Shown here piece after piece: positions 39,992-53,189 of a stretch of DNA of 64,000 nt (position 1 is the stretch's first letter; the number at the start of each line of letters is the position of its first letter). The position numbers and the translations under genes were made by a program. The stretch spans positions 148,490,001 to 148,554,000 of the forward strand of contig OZ024742.1 in NCBI GenBank assembly GCA_964016885.1. The letters run 5' to 3'. The notes beneath the pieces are model-generated. The model saw only the letters and a list, made by a program, of their open reading frames with translations. It had not been told where the DNA came from and did no database searches. The DNA is from Eledone cirrhosa (taxonomy: Eukaryota).

Positions 39992-40603
39992 GTTAGTTAT
40001 GTTCCTTACTTTCGCTATTTAGTTTTTTTCACTTCTCTTTCGTTTTATTTCGTTTTTTTTTTCCTTAATATGCAAATGTTGATGAATTGCAAATTTCTAT
40101 CATCCATTTTAAAATAAAATACATCTTTTTGTTGTATTATTTGGGGGAAAGGGCAGTAAGAGAAGCTGTAACACAGACATTCGAAGGTCTTTTCAGACCT
40201 AATCTTAGGATTCAGCAGTGTTATGTTATATTGTTATTTTTCTTCGCTGAAGGCTCTTTCTTCTCCAATCCCCATTAACTTACTCGGCCTAACCAATTCA
40301 ACCTCAAAATTATACGAATTCTACCAAGTTCTTTATACGTCTTAGTGTATTTTCCTCATACCTCATTACAAATAGATTTGTTTCTTTGTTTCTTTGTTTG
40401 TTTCTTGCTTTTTTTTGTTTTGCCTTTGTTTTGTTTATATTATAATGATATATTTGTTGCAATTATTTTTGTATTTTGAAGGCGAATCATACAAAAGAAG
40501 AATCGAATCGATATTTTTCTTTTTAGCTCTCCTATTTGACAGATTGTCATAAACCATTATTTCTGTTAATGTAAATTAGTCGCTCAATCAAATTAACTTC
40601 ATT

Positions 40604-40866
<263 letters not shown>

Positions 40867-41148
40867 AAAAAGTCTAAGTCAAAAAGAAATTGTGACAATG
40901 ATGAAATTATGAGATGAAAATTCATTTATAACTTCCTTTTTCTTCACTCGACCGATAGAGACGGAGGGGTGGTGGCATTTATGTCTTTGTTCTTTTTCTT
41001 ATGTATGTGTGTATGTATGTCCGTGTGTGTGCGTGTGTGTGTGCTTCTGACGATGAGCTTCATTTTTCTGGTAGTTTAGTTGTCTTCTATGATAACTAAT
41101 ATTTTGTAAATATTCTCATTATTGAAGAGACATGCACACGAACACACG

Positions 41149-41239
<91 letters not shown>

Positions 41240-41255
41240 TTCCTCTTCAAATAAA

Positions 41256-41329
41256 ATTCATTCTGATGAACGATTTCAGACGTCTGTGTCGAGCTCGTCT
41301 GTCTTCGTGAAACCTTTGGTATACGGAAT
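41256..41329 (+). ncRNA. Hammerhead-like motif in a 120-bp TA-flanked mini-element (41239-41358)
   Basis: CTGATGA-acga.cagacg..cgtctg.tcgt-GAAA-cctttgg-TA. Proximal stem I is poorly paired. Confidence 0.55.
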
Positions 41330-41600
41330 AATTGTCTTGTTGTTTATTACATAACTATATATATATATATATATATTTTTTTAATCGATCGACTTTCGTC
41401 AAATCGGACCGAGGAAACAATGTTTTCGTCGGTCTTTCCAGTTGCTGATACTATCTATCGGTCGCAACTCCAGGTAGAAGGAGCAACGTGAAAATAAAAT
41501 GTCTTGCTCAAGGACATGACGCATCGCGCGATCCGGGAATCGAACTCACAACCTCACGATTGTGAATCTAATTCTCTAACCACTCAGCCACGCGCTTACA

Positions 41601-41708
<108 letters not shown>

Positions 41709-43614
41709 CATGCGCATGTATATCATATTTATACATACATAACTACATTCATATATTCATATATATACGTACAGGCATACATACAAATATACATGCATAT
41801 ATGCATGTATGTATGTACGGGCATACTTATGTATAGTTATTAAGTATCTAAGGTTATTACTGCTGGGGTATGAGTAGGCTTGAGAATCTACTCTCCAGTA
41901 AAATGTCCCAAACGGCTTGTGTCTCCTATCACCTTTGACAAGCTTAGCCCAGCTTTTGGTCTTCCTGCCGCGGAGAAGTTTTGAACTGAAAAGAGGAAGA
42001 GGTAAAGGTGAGTTGCTGGTGCCTTATAACCAATTGCTCCGGGGAGACAGAACTCACCAGCCTTGGGTGGAAGTCTTTCTAGGAGAAGGATCACTCCGAT
42101 TTCAAAACTGGACAAGATGGGACTCATTAATCACAATTATAATAACTCATCTGTGCGCACGTACTAAGAAATACCACTGGTTTGTCTCAGGGTGCCCAGT
42201 AAGTTCTTTTAAATGAAACTCTGAAACGAAGCCTGCGGTTTATGTTATTATTGATCATCTTGCTTAGGCTTGTCATCAGATAATAATCACTGTGACATAG
42301 AGTGTGACACTCGTGTTGTTCAAGTCACTATAATCGAGGATGTACCGATGTCTCTTCTGCAATGTTTTAATCTATCATTCTGTCTCTCCAGCCAATGCAT
42401 AAACTCGGCAAGGTTGCAATTTATGCAAAACCTGGAAATTCGAGGCGTGCTTTTGGGGGTCCTTTTTGTAAGCGAGACAGTCTTTTAACCAAATCTCTTG
42501 AGTTAACTACTGACATTATTCACTTTTACTTGAGCCTGCTGAGTATGGCCACATTCTGCTTGATATCAACTGCAATTGATATATGAGAGTCTGTGAATAG
42601 CGTTTTATGACGTTTTCATAGTGTGGCCTGTCATTTCTGAGGTGGTCATGGTAGTCACCAGTACCTCTCTAGGTACCAATCCGGACGCAAAGCAATATTT
42701 CTGAAGCGAACACTCTCCCCGTGTTGCCGAGCAATGCGCCCCTGTTTAAACAGTTATTCTCTTATTTGTAGGTCCCAACTAGCACGTACTAGGACCTCCG
42801 TCGTTTCTGACGGTGAGTGTTCTAGTTGATTAATCAACTAAACTGCCTGCTCGTGAAATTAACGTGTAAGTAGCTGAGCATTCTACAGGCACGTGTACCA
42901 TTAATGTATTTCTAAGGGAAATTCAGCGTGACAGGGCTGATCCCTGGAATTGCAGGTACAACTCATTTTGGCCTCATGAATGGACTAAGCAACGCGAAAC
43001 AAAGTGTACTGCTCAAGGACAAAACTCACCACCCTCTCCTGGAATCGAATTCATGACCATGCAATTGTGAGCTCAGTACTTTAGCTACTACCCTCATATA
43101 ACTAGCATAATACTTGTAAAATACCATAGATTCACTCTAAAATATAGAATTTGAATATTCTTTACAATTTTGCCTGTGTGATTTGTGGGAATTAAAATCA
43201 CTGGAGTCTTTTCAGGAAATAATTTATATAAAGATACTATGAAAGAAATCTTTATACGCCACATTAAGCGCTTATTAATTTCTTCATATTACAAAGTTTA
43301 TTGATTACCATCAATCTTATGTACAAATTATAAAAGACATCAAGATGTTTATGTGAGTTCGTCGGGACCTCGACGGCTGAGCTCCTGCCGTTTCAACAGC
43401 TAGTTCCAGATTTATACATGTATATATATATATATAATATTACAAAAATAAATTATCTCAATCTTATTTATACCACAAAAACCTCCATGGATATTAAGGG
43501 CTAAAATCCAAATTATCAGATCATCATTTAGGTATAATAATATATATAATAAAACAAATTATAGTACGCAAACGCAATTTTACTTGCATTATGATGGGTA
43601 AATTCAATTATAAC

Positions 43615-43714
43615 TGCTTCGACCACGGTTTCGGATGACAAAGAAAAAATACATATTGCCATAATTAGAATGGTTAACTAGTAAATTAAGACAAATCATT
43701 TTCTTCAGTTAGCA
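43615..43714 (-). ncRNA. Degenerate hammerhead with long stem II, at the 3' end of a probable decayed PLE (~43440-44330)
   Basis: Reverse complement reads tgctaa-CTGAAGA-aaatgat..(~55 nt)..gtcatcc-GAAA-ccgtgg-TC-gaagca. Confidence 0.45.
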
Positions 43715-44471
43715 TTGTCATACAAAAAAATATTAAGCCCATACAAGGGAATTCAAATAAAGTGACGTGTGTTGGTAGGGAGAAAAAAATCCACCTGTTT
43801 ATCGCTTAAAAAAGCTTAGATATCTCAAGACCGCTAAATGAAGGCGTTTGTAGTGTCATAGTATGGCGAAGGTTCTCAGCTCAATATCCTGGTCCTATTT
43901 GTCACATGACCAGAATCATGTTCCAAGAAGTGTATAGAACAATTTGCACTATTCCGATTATTTGCCGTTCAAATGGATCATAGTGCAAGACAACGATTCC
44001 AAATAAATTATATGTTCAGTTAAATAGTTCATTTCCAATCAAAAATATACGGGACTGCTCATACACCGATCGAAAACATCTGGAACAAAGTTATTCATTA
44101 CATCAAGCTTAGACACCACCGAAACTCAACAATCTGTTCAGGGTAATCAAATACACAGCCTTTGCTTTCACTGAAGTGCAGAGCCAGCGATAATTCTTGG
44201 AGAAAATATTTTATTGTTCTTGCTCTACATATCCACAATTTCTGGTAGTAACAAATAGCAATAAAAAGATACAGACAACACTAAATACAGTAACAGTAAT
44301 TTGGCTTTGTTCTACAAGACATAATCAACAAGAGAAAGACAAATGGAATGAACAAGAATGTTAATTTCTATGTAATTGCGCTGTGAAGAAAATGATACGA
44401 TATCAACGTTCACACACAGCTATTCTCACATATTTGATTCCCTACTATCTCTCATTCTTTCTCTCTGTTCT

Positions 44472-44546
<75 letters not shown>

Positions 44547-45329
44547 ACACGCACATACATACACTTACACATACTTTACTACATTGCTTCAACGTTTATT
44601 TTTATTGACGCACGTTCGCTCATTACTGGAAGCTACAAACTTTACTTATTTTGTCAACTTCATTCCTATAATACTTTTACTTTTTTTTCGATTTATTTAT
44701 TTTACATCTTCCTCCAAATATCATGACAAAGGATAACTTTTCGAAATTTTGACGTCTCTTTCTTTTGTCCCCTTCGCAGAATAATTACATTGACTTTGTC
44801 ATTTGTTATTACTGGATTTTCTCTCTTTTGCACTTAACATAGATATCAATTACACTACTGTTCACAAACTTAGAAGTTCTATGGTCATTTGAAAAATGAA
44901 GGATGCGAGGTATTTTAATTTTTGCCGATGCCAATGTTGATAGATTGTTGGTCTACGAGCCATTAGCCGGGGATCTATATTATATCTGCCGCCAAAACAC
45001 TCAGCTCTCGATCCAGCGGGAAACTTCTACGTGTTCACTAGAATTAGCAGCCAAATTTAGCTCAAATCACGCTTTGTTGTCTTAAATATGGAGACACGTG
45101 GGATAATGTGATAGTAGCTAATTTTAAAACATCGAGCTAAAACATATGATGAACTGCATTTCATCATATGTTTTTTCGATTAGCTTTTATCTGAAACTAA
45201 ATCTCAACAGCAGCAACCAAACTTAGCTGTCAAATGGCCCAGGCTACATATCCCCAGGGTGACCCAAATATAACTGGTCCCGCGTACGTTTTGTATCATT
45301 GTATATTTGTTTTCTAGTCAATCAACCTT

Positions 45330-45900
45330 AAATTTCAGGACATGGAAGATACGTCTGAGAAGACAGCAAGGCCCCAAGGAGCTCCAACACATGACTTTCT
45401 GTGGGAAACTCTACTATAAGTCATAACCTCAGTTTTCGTTATGCTGATGGTCAGAGCAAACGCTTTCTATGTATTTGAGGATTGTGGTTGATAAAAGCTG
45501 CATCATCTACAAATAGTATCCCACTGAAAAGGGACGAGCAGGCGGGTTAGGTTGTACACATTTACTGTTATGTCGGATGTGAATGTCTATGCCATCGGAG
45601 GAAGATTAGGTCTTGCAAGTCAGAAAATGACGTCAGTGAGGATTGGAGCAAGCAGGCAGACCGATTTAGCACTGGATGTATCACCACTGATGCTAACGAT
45701 GCTTTTCATATCACTGTGGAATAACAGGATAATGCTAAGCAGCTTTGATAGTTAGTATACTCTCAATAGCTTGAACATTTCCTTGCGTCTGACGAAATCG
45801 AAGGCCTTTGTTAAATTAAAAAAATGTACAATGGTTGACGTTACTCCTTACACACATTTTGGGGTTGTATCTTAGAAAATATCTCACCAGTGTTAAATCA
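45330..45900 (-). mobile_element. Decayed RTE LINE RT fragment
   Basis: FFNLTKAFDFVRR...LLSIILLFHSDM...CLLAP. Confidence 0.65.
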
Positions 45901-47051
45901 GTCTAAGAGAAAGCCACCAAGCATATCTGAGAATAACAAATCGTCATTGTTTGAACAGACTTATGGAATATTCACTTATATATACATGGTTACTTAGAAT
46001 TTCCTTTCACCGAGTTAAAATTATAGAAATCAGATATAAGTACTAACCTAATATTAGTCCTTTTATCTAATGAAGGGTCGGCAATGATTAAAGAAATTCA
46101 CTCTAAAGTACTGAGTCGTTATAAATTGTCATTATTGCTATATTATGTTTTTGAGGAAAATATTGAATCCTTCCATCCAAATTTATCCAAATGGAATAAA
46201 ATACCAATGACTCCGTTAACACAGAACTGATTATATTGTATAATATATTAGTCTTCTATGAATCTATATATTAATTTCAACAATGTCAGTATTCCGTGTG
46301 TCATAATTCTCGATTATCATTGGTTCATAAGTTTCAAACGACTCCACCCAGCTCAATGATGCCAAACTTAAATTAATATGCATAATGCCAATGAGGGAGT
46401 GAGAGGGGAGAGTAAGAAACTGAGAGGCAAATTGAACGCTGTGTTGGATACACTATGTATATGTGTCAGTGTAGAGACGTGTGTGTGTGATGTGTGTGGA
46501 AATAAGAGGGGAAGGAAAGCAATAACTATTAACATGTGTGCGTGTGTATGTACGTGCGCGTATGTTTATGTGTGTGTGCGTGCAGCGTTCCACAGAAAGT
46601 AAAAACTATCAACATGTGTGAGTGTGTGCATGTGTCTAAGTGCACGGGTGCGTGTGAAAGTTTGCGTGCGTCGCTTCTGATTGCGGTGGTAATAAAACCT
46701 CACCATATGCTGAGTCTGGCAAAAAGGTTGGATCCTATGGTCGGCCAGGGCTAGAGTAATATTGAAAAACGATTCTATTTTCGAAGTAGAAGGATCCGCC
46801 ATTTGGAGTTCAAACCAGGCCACCTCCCCGAGTTGAACTCTGGGCAATATTGACTGTCTATTACTCAGTGGCTAAGAGCCTGGAAATTACTGAATAAATT
46901 TTTGTGTCATATAATTTGTTGTTTTATTATTATAGCTGACCACTTATAGAAAAGCATGTTATCCATATCCATATTAATTTGGCATTTGTATAAACCATTT
47001 CAAGTAAATAGGGACCTTTTTTACATTGACGGACATCTTTTATATTAATTA

Positions 47052-47410
47052 TCTATATCTATATCTACATATAATATAAAAGATTGGAACTTCCATCATC
47101 CTTTTGAGAAACGTGGAACAACCACGTCTATGCAATGATACACGTTTACAGTCAGGCAGAAGATAAACCATTTCCTAGGGGTCACTATTCTAGGCGGGAG
47201 CACCTAGAATTGTTCATATACTATGCACAAACGGTACAACGAAGAATCTGGTATATCTGGAAGATTTTTTTTTACTGTTTTTTGTATCACACAGACACCA
47301 TGGACTCGCCTCATACTGTAACCAGACAAATATCAAATACAGTCATTTTCTCTTTTACCTGTCTTCTCTTACCATCTGTTTACCTGGGCGAAGCTGGGTA
47401 CGTCAGCTAG
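47052..47410 (+). mobile_element. Non-autonomous Helitron
   Basis: 5' TC start, 3' cctgggcgaagctggg hairpin then CTAG, inserted between A and T. Confidence 0.75.
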
Positions 47411-48867
47411 TTAATATTAATGGATTCAATTCTTAGTGATGTTAATCCTTACCTCCGTTCTACAAGGGTTACAGACATAGTAAGATGCTGATAGTTATAA
47501 GACATACGCGCTTTGAGTCTCTATCTGACCCATGCAGCTAGTGTTTTAATGTTATTTTTGACACACTCCCTCTCTCACATCACGTTAAAAACTATCCTTG
47601 TAAGCGGACGACTGTATATATATTAAAAATTGCTGAACTAGTTAACACAACAATACACCAAATTCCGAGCCATTATCGGATGCTGGTAAGATCCATAATG
47701 GATAAATTACCATCTGCTGCCTCTTTATGAGTTTTCAGAGCTTCCAACAGGTAGTGTTCTTTATAGTTTTTGCATAGTTTTATATTAATATTAATGTAGC
47801 GTCGATGTGAGCTGCATATTTGATGCAGCTTTCATAATTTGATTATATTTAGATCTGATAGAAGTAAAAAAAAACTTGTAATGGGTTTCACTATACGTTC
47901 TTTTGTTATTTTAAAATCACTATTTTCAATGTGTTGAGTTGCTAAAACGAAATAAAACAAATTAAAAAGAAATAGAAAAAGGATAATATATTAAAGTGAT
48001 TGTAGAAAAAAGGTCAAAAGGGTAGTTTGTCAATAAAATTGCCAAGACGGAGAAAAGTGAATTAAATTTTCAGAAATAGTAATCTATAAGAAAAACTATA
48101 ACACATAAAATGTTTGTCTGTGGTAGAACTCTATCGAAGAAAAAAATACAAGTTGCTTAAACGTTTATTTAATAATAAAACAAAGAAAATATATATGCAG
48201 CATTAAGACTTAAAAATACATTTAAAAACTGTAAAAGAAAAATTGAATAGTAAGAAGCTGTAGATGGTAATAAGCTTTACAAGGAAAATTTTCAGACACA
48301 TGAAAACATTTTATTGTGTATATTACATAAGTAGAAACTTATCATCAATTTGTTGTTATTGTAATTGCTGTTCTTGATGTTGCAGATGTTATTGTTTTTC
48401 AGTTGGTTTTTATCCTTTCCTTTTCTTATCTTTCTTTACTTTTATTTTTCATTTTTTTCTCTTTCTCTGTTTTTTTTTGCCGTTTGTGTACTTTACTTTA
48501 CTCGTTTCCCAAATGAGATTTTTTTTTGTTTTGTTAATATTGTTAAATCTTCTTATTCGTGTTATTCCTACTAGTTCAGATATTGTTGTTGCTGTTGCTG
48601 TTGTTTTTATCAGTATTGCAGTGATTGTTGTTGTCGTTGATACTGTCTTTGTTTCTGTGGTTATTAGTTATTGTTGATTCTCAAACAAGCAGCAAATATT
48701 TGGCTTATTGATTAAATAAATTGATGCATTTCTTACTTACGTTATGGGAGTAATCATTTAGTCGATAAATAAACAAATAAATATGTGTGTGTGTGTGCAT
48801 ATGTGCATGTATATATGTGTATACACGTAGAGGTACAAATTCATAAATATATATATGTATGTGTCTG

Positions 48868-48946
<79 letters not shown>

Positions 48947-48985
48947 ACACACACACACACATGTATGTATGTATATATATATATA

Positions 48986-51745
48986 TACAGAAATGCCCGG
49001 CGTTGCCCTGGTGAAAGAAAATACTGGAATTTCATTCAAAACTTGGTATATTTTATTGTGATTTGTGATTCTAAGATTACTGGCATAAGAAATTCTGTTA
49101 GATCAACAGCAATAATAAACTTGAAAAAGAAAACACATAAAAGTAAATTATGATAAAACTTCTATATATGCAACATTAGGAGTCTTCCCAATAGAATATA
49201 AATGCAAAGATTTTTTTAACTTCCAGCACGTGAATATCCGACATACAATTGTCCACGAGAGAAGCAAGGCTCTAAGAATAGTCCACCCTTCTCGTGCCTG
49301 ATGGTGTCAATAACTGCTCCGTACGTTTCATTTTGATCAAGAAGTAGCTTTTCTTCATTTTCTTTCACATATTTTGCCAAATCATCAATGTTGTAACTTG
49401 TTTCACTCAGCATTTCAGATGTTAGTTTGGTTTCGTTGCCAAGAGTAACTTTAGAAATTCCGTAATTCTGGAGCACTTCTCCTCCAATAGCCAAGATTTT
49501 GGTTCTATGCTGATCCATGCACTATTGTAAATTTCATCATTGTAACCTAAAGCAATGCCAGGAAATCTCTGTTGTACTTCAGACAGTTCATATTTATACT
49601 TTACCCATAAGCCGTTTGGATCACTAATTTCACAGTGCTTTTAATAGAATAGCGAACAGGGAGCGAAGACTACTTGCAATATGTGATATGGAAGCCTCAG
49701 AAAGTGCGTTGTCCCATTTAGAGTCATCTTACAGTAATCTAAGTTGAAGGCAGGCTTCACAATAAGTTGGACAGGTAATATTATTAACAGTCCTAATAGC
49801 TTCGAATGATATTGAACCCTTGACTGAATGAAGCAGCGTTCTTAAGTAGAAAGATTCATGTTGATTAGAGTGTACTGTATCAAATTTGATATCAGGATAA
49901 TTTTCAATAGAAGCACCCTTTTTGCCATCGTAAATCTGTTATTATTCTCTGTTCATACAGCCTTTCAGTTGTTGGAGACTCACCTTCTTCGATCTACTCT
50001 ATTTCTCTCCATTTGCTGTCTTGGTGATTTCCGTACATCTGATTCTTCTTGACAAAAAGTTGCTTTCATTGTCCTATCTTCAGCAAGTCTTTTTTATATT
50101 TCTTCTTCTGATTCATCCTGTCTATTATGTACACTTCTTCTTCTTCTTTGTTGTTTAAGCCTTGATGATCTTTGTGCATCTGACTCATCCTCTCTGGTTT
50201 CTACTGTTTTAATTTGTTGGTCTTGAAGTCTAGAGGATGTTCGTGCATCTAATTCCTCTTAACGAATAGTTGCTTTTCTTGTTCTTGTTCTATTACCAGC
50301 AAGTCTTTTCGATCTTTGTTCTGATTCATGTTGCTGTTGTTTTTCTTTGTTTGAGGAGTCTTTCTTGCCGCTGCTCTTCACTTTCAATCTCACTTTGTAG
50401 CTGCTTGGCAATTGCTTTATGAGACTTTCTTCACTATGATGGTCTATTCGTCGGTGGCATTTTTTGCTTGTAACTTCCAATGTCACAAATATTTATCTAA
50501 AAATTAAGTAAACTTCATACTTTACAAAAACGTGCAGTTAGGATTATATCAAAGGCTCCCAGTAGCTTCTACTCTCGTCCTTTAATGATTGATAATAAAA
50601 AAAACTGAACATTTAGGAAATAAATTTGGCTGCTCACTTGAGACTAATGTTCAAGAAAATTTTATAAATAATATTAACAATATCCGACAAAGTATTCTAG
50701 AGCAACATTCAAATGTAATAGTTATGCCATAACAAAATTTAATAAATTCAGCTATCCCTATCACAAACCAATTGTCTGGAATAATTTTGTGTGCAAAGAT
50801 GCAAATCAACCAGACTCAAAATTTGTAAAAGAAATATTAAAAAGATGCTGTTGAGTAATCAACAAACCTGTTTCGGGTAAAAACCTACTATTTTTAGTAA
50901 CATTAAAAAAAAGTGTTTAAAAAATGACTGCATAAAGTGCTTTTTTTACAAGCGATCATGAAAAGGGTGTTAGTTTTTTCACTATAATCCTTCTCGGTAG
51001 CCTCACTAGCCTGATTAGCACATTCTCAATAATGAACCCATTTCATTCCATTCCTAATATATTTTTATTCTTTACTTTGTAAATAGGGTATTATACTTCT
51101 TTCTTTCGTGCACCCTTTTATATTTCTATTTTATACATGGCTACTGAAACAAATGATAAGAAAAAAAAAAGAAAGATTTTTAATTTTTCTGTAAATGATA
51201 CATCTAGGTCGAGTCAAATTTCGTTAAATAAGGACTCTGCATTAACTTTCAGTTATATTTGGAAACTACAACAAAAACTAAAGGAAATGAATATGCAAAA
51301 AATATTACAGGTTTCACAAGTGTTATTTTTAGTAGTGTTTCCATAAATCAAATAAAGAACCTAAAAATTAATGAGAGGCTGAAACTTCGGAACTAAATGT
51401 AATTTGAACATGATTGATTCACTGTTTTTTAAGTGTATAGGAGACAAACAAACATGAAAAAATGAACAATTTTATACACATAGAGATAGAGATTAAAACT
51501 ACAAAACCTATTCCTGAGTCTACGGAATTCACATGCCAAGTTTGAGCATGATAGGGTTACTGGGCTTTTTTTATAGTAAATAAAAGATAAACAGACAAAC
51601 AAGGATATATACAAATGAATATAGGTCTAAGTGTGAAGAAGACATATTCCTGAGTCTGAGGAATGCACATGTTAAGTTTAACATGATTGGTCCACTGGTT
51701 GTTAAGTTTATAGGAGACAAACAGACAAACTAGCGAACAATTATA
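48986..51745 (-). mobile_element. Internally deleted Helitron (Rep/PIF1 helicase remnants); 5' boundary approximate
   Basis: ESFYLRTLLHSVKGSISFEAIRTVN..CPTYCEAC..L*DD..W...LRSLFAILL; EKGGLFL fused to EPCFSRGQLYVGYSR; 3' hairpin ccagggcaacgccggg. Confidence 0.85.
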
Positions 51746-51750
51746 TACGA

Positions 51751-51845
<95 letters not shown>

Positions 51846-51847
<2 letters not shown>

Positions 51848-52043
51848 ACAGAAGCAGTTTTAAACTAGTTAGACCATTACTCTACAGAATACTCGATACT
51901 TGGGATAGTAGAGTATGGCTATATTATAAAGAGAGAGCCGAGGCCCAGAGGCTAAGTTAATGCCATTTCAACAGCTAGATCCAGAGTTTGGAACTATCTG
52001 TTGAAATGGCAAGAGCTCAGCCATCAGGCCTCTACTGTTTATT
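51846..52043 (-). mobile_element. Diverged F1-type fold-back element
   Basis: Tail gaccattac..tactc.atactt.gg.tagtagagt plus hairpin tgccatttcaacag / ctgttgaaatggca. Confidence 0.7.
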
Positions 52044-52070
52044 ATATGTCTATATACAAACACACAGACA

Positions 52071-52191
<121 letters not shown>

Positions 52192-52237
52192 AGACAAACA
52201 AACACAGGTACATACATACATATATACATACATACAT

Positions 52238-53073
52238 TTTGTGATAACAAGTGCCGACTGTGCAGAACTAACATTGAGGATATCACCCATGTCATCAGCA
52301 GCTGTCCAAAGATGTCATCGCGGTACTATCTACCTATGAGGCATGATGTAGTGGCTAAAACACTGTACAATGCAGTTCGTAAAAAAGATAGCCCCGATAA
52401 TAAACACATTAAAAGCTACAGCAATGTGGAAGACATCCATGTACATAATATAAAAGAGTACTGGTGGAATGTTCCAGTAAAAACCCCAATAAAATGCAGG
52501 CATAACAGACCAGATATTATGATATGGGACAGGGAGAAGAAAACATGCACAGTAGTGGAAATTAGCTGGCCAGCAGATGCCAATATAATATCAAAGATTA
52601 GTGAAAAGGAGAATATTTATGCAGAACTGATGAGAAATCTGCAGATACCTCACCCTGACTATACCTTCAGATTTATGCCTGTGATTATTGGGGCACTAGG
52701 ATATGTTTGTAACAGCCTCAATACAAATCTTGAGAAGCTAGGCTTCACAGGAACAGAAAGAACACAACTACTTAGGAAATTACAAGTACAATCCATTAAT
52801 GGAACAGTAAAAATATGTAAAACATTCCAAATATTTTGCATCTAATAACTGCATATACACATGTACAGATGCAAAGCATATACACTTGCACACATACAAC
52901 TCAAAACATACACATCCACACATACAATAACATCCATATCTACACATGCATGTATACATACATATCTACCTAGTTGATGTTGTGTAAATCCCAATGAGAG
53001 AGTCTTGTGTCTATGTTAGAAACCGACTCTCTCTATATTGGTAAAACTTTGTGAAATTGTAAAACCAGAAGAA
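52238..53073 (+). mobile_element. R4/Dong-like LINE 3' part (CCHC zinc knuckle plus PD-(D/E)xK endonuclease) in (CATA)n
   Basis: CRLC...EDITHVISSC...RHDVVAK...HNRPDIMIWD...EISWP...EKENIY...PVIIGALG, in an open frame to 52845. CATA repeats on both sides. Confidence 0.92.
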
Positions 53074-53189
53074 CATACATACATACATACATACATACAT
53101 ACATACATACATACATACATACATACATACATACATACATACATACATACATACATACATACATACATACATACATTCGGTGTTATATG

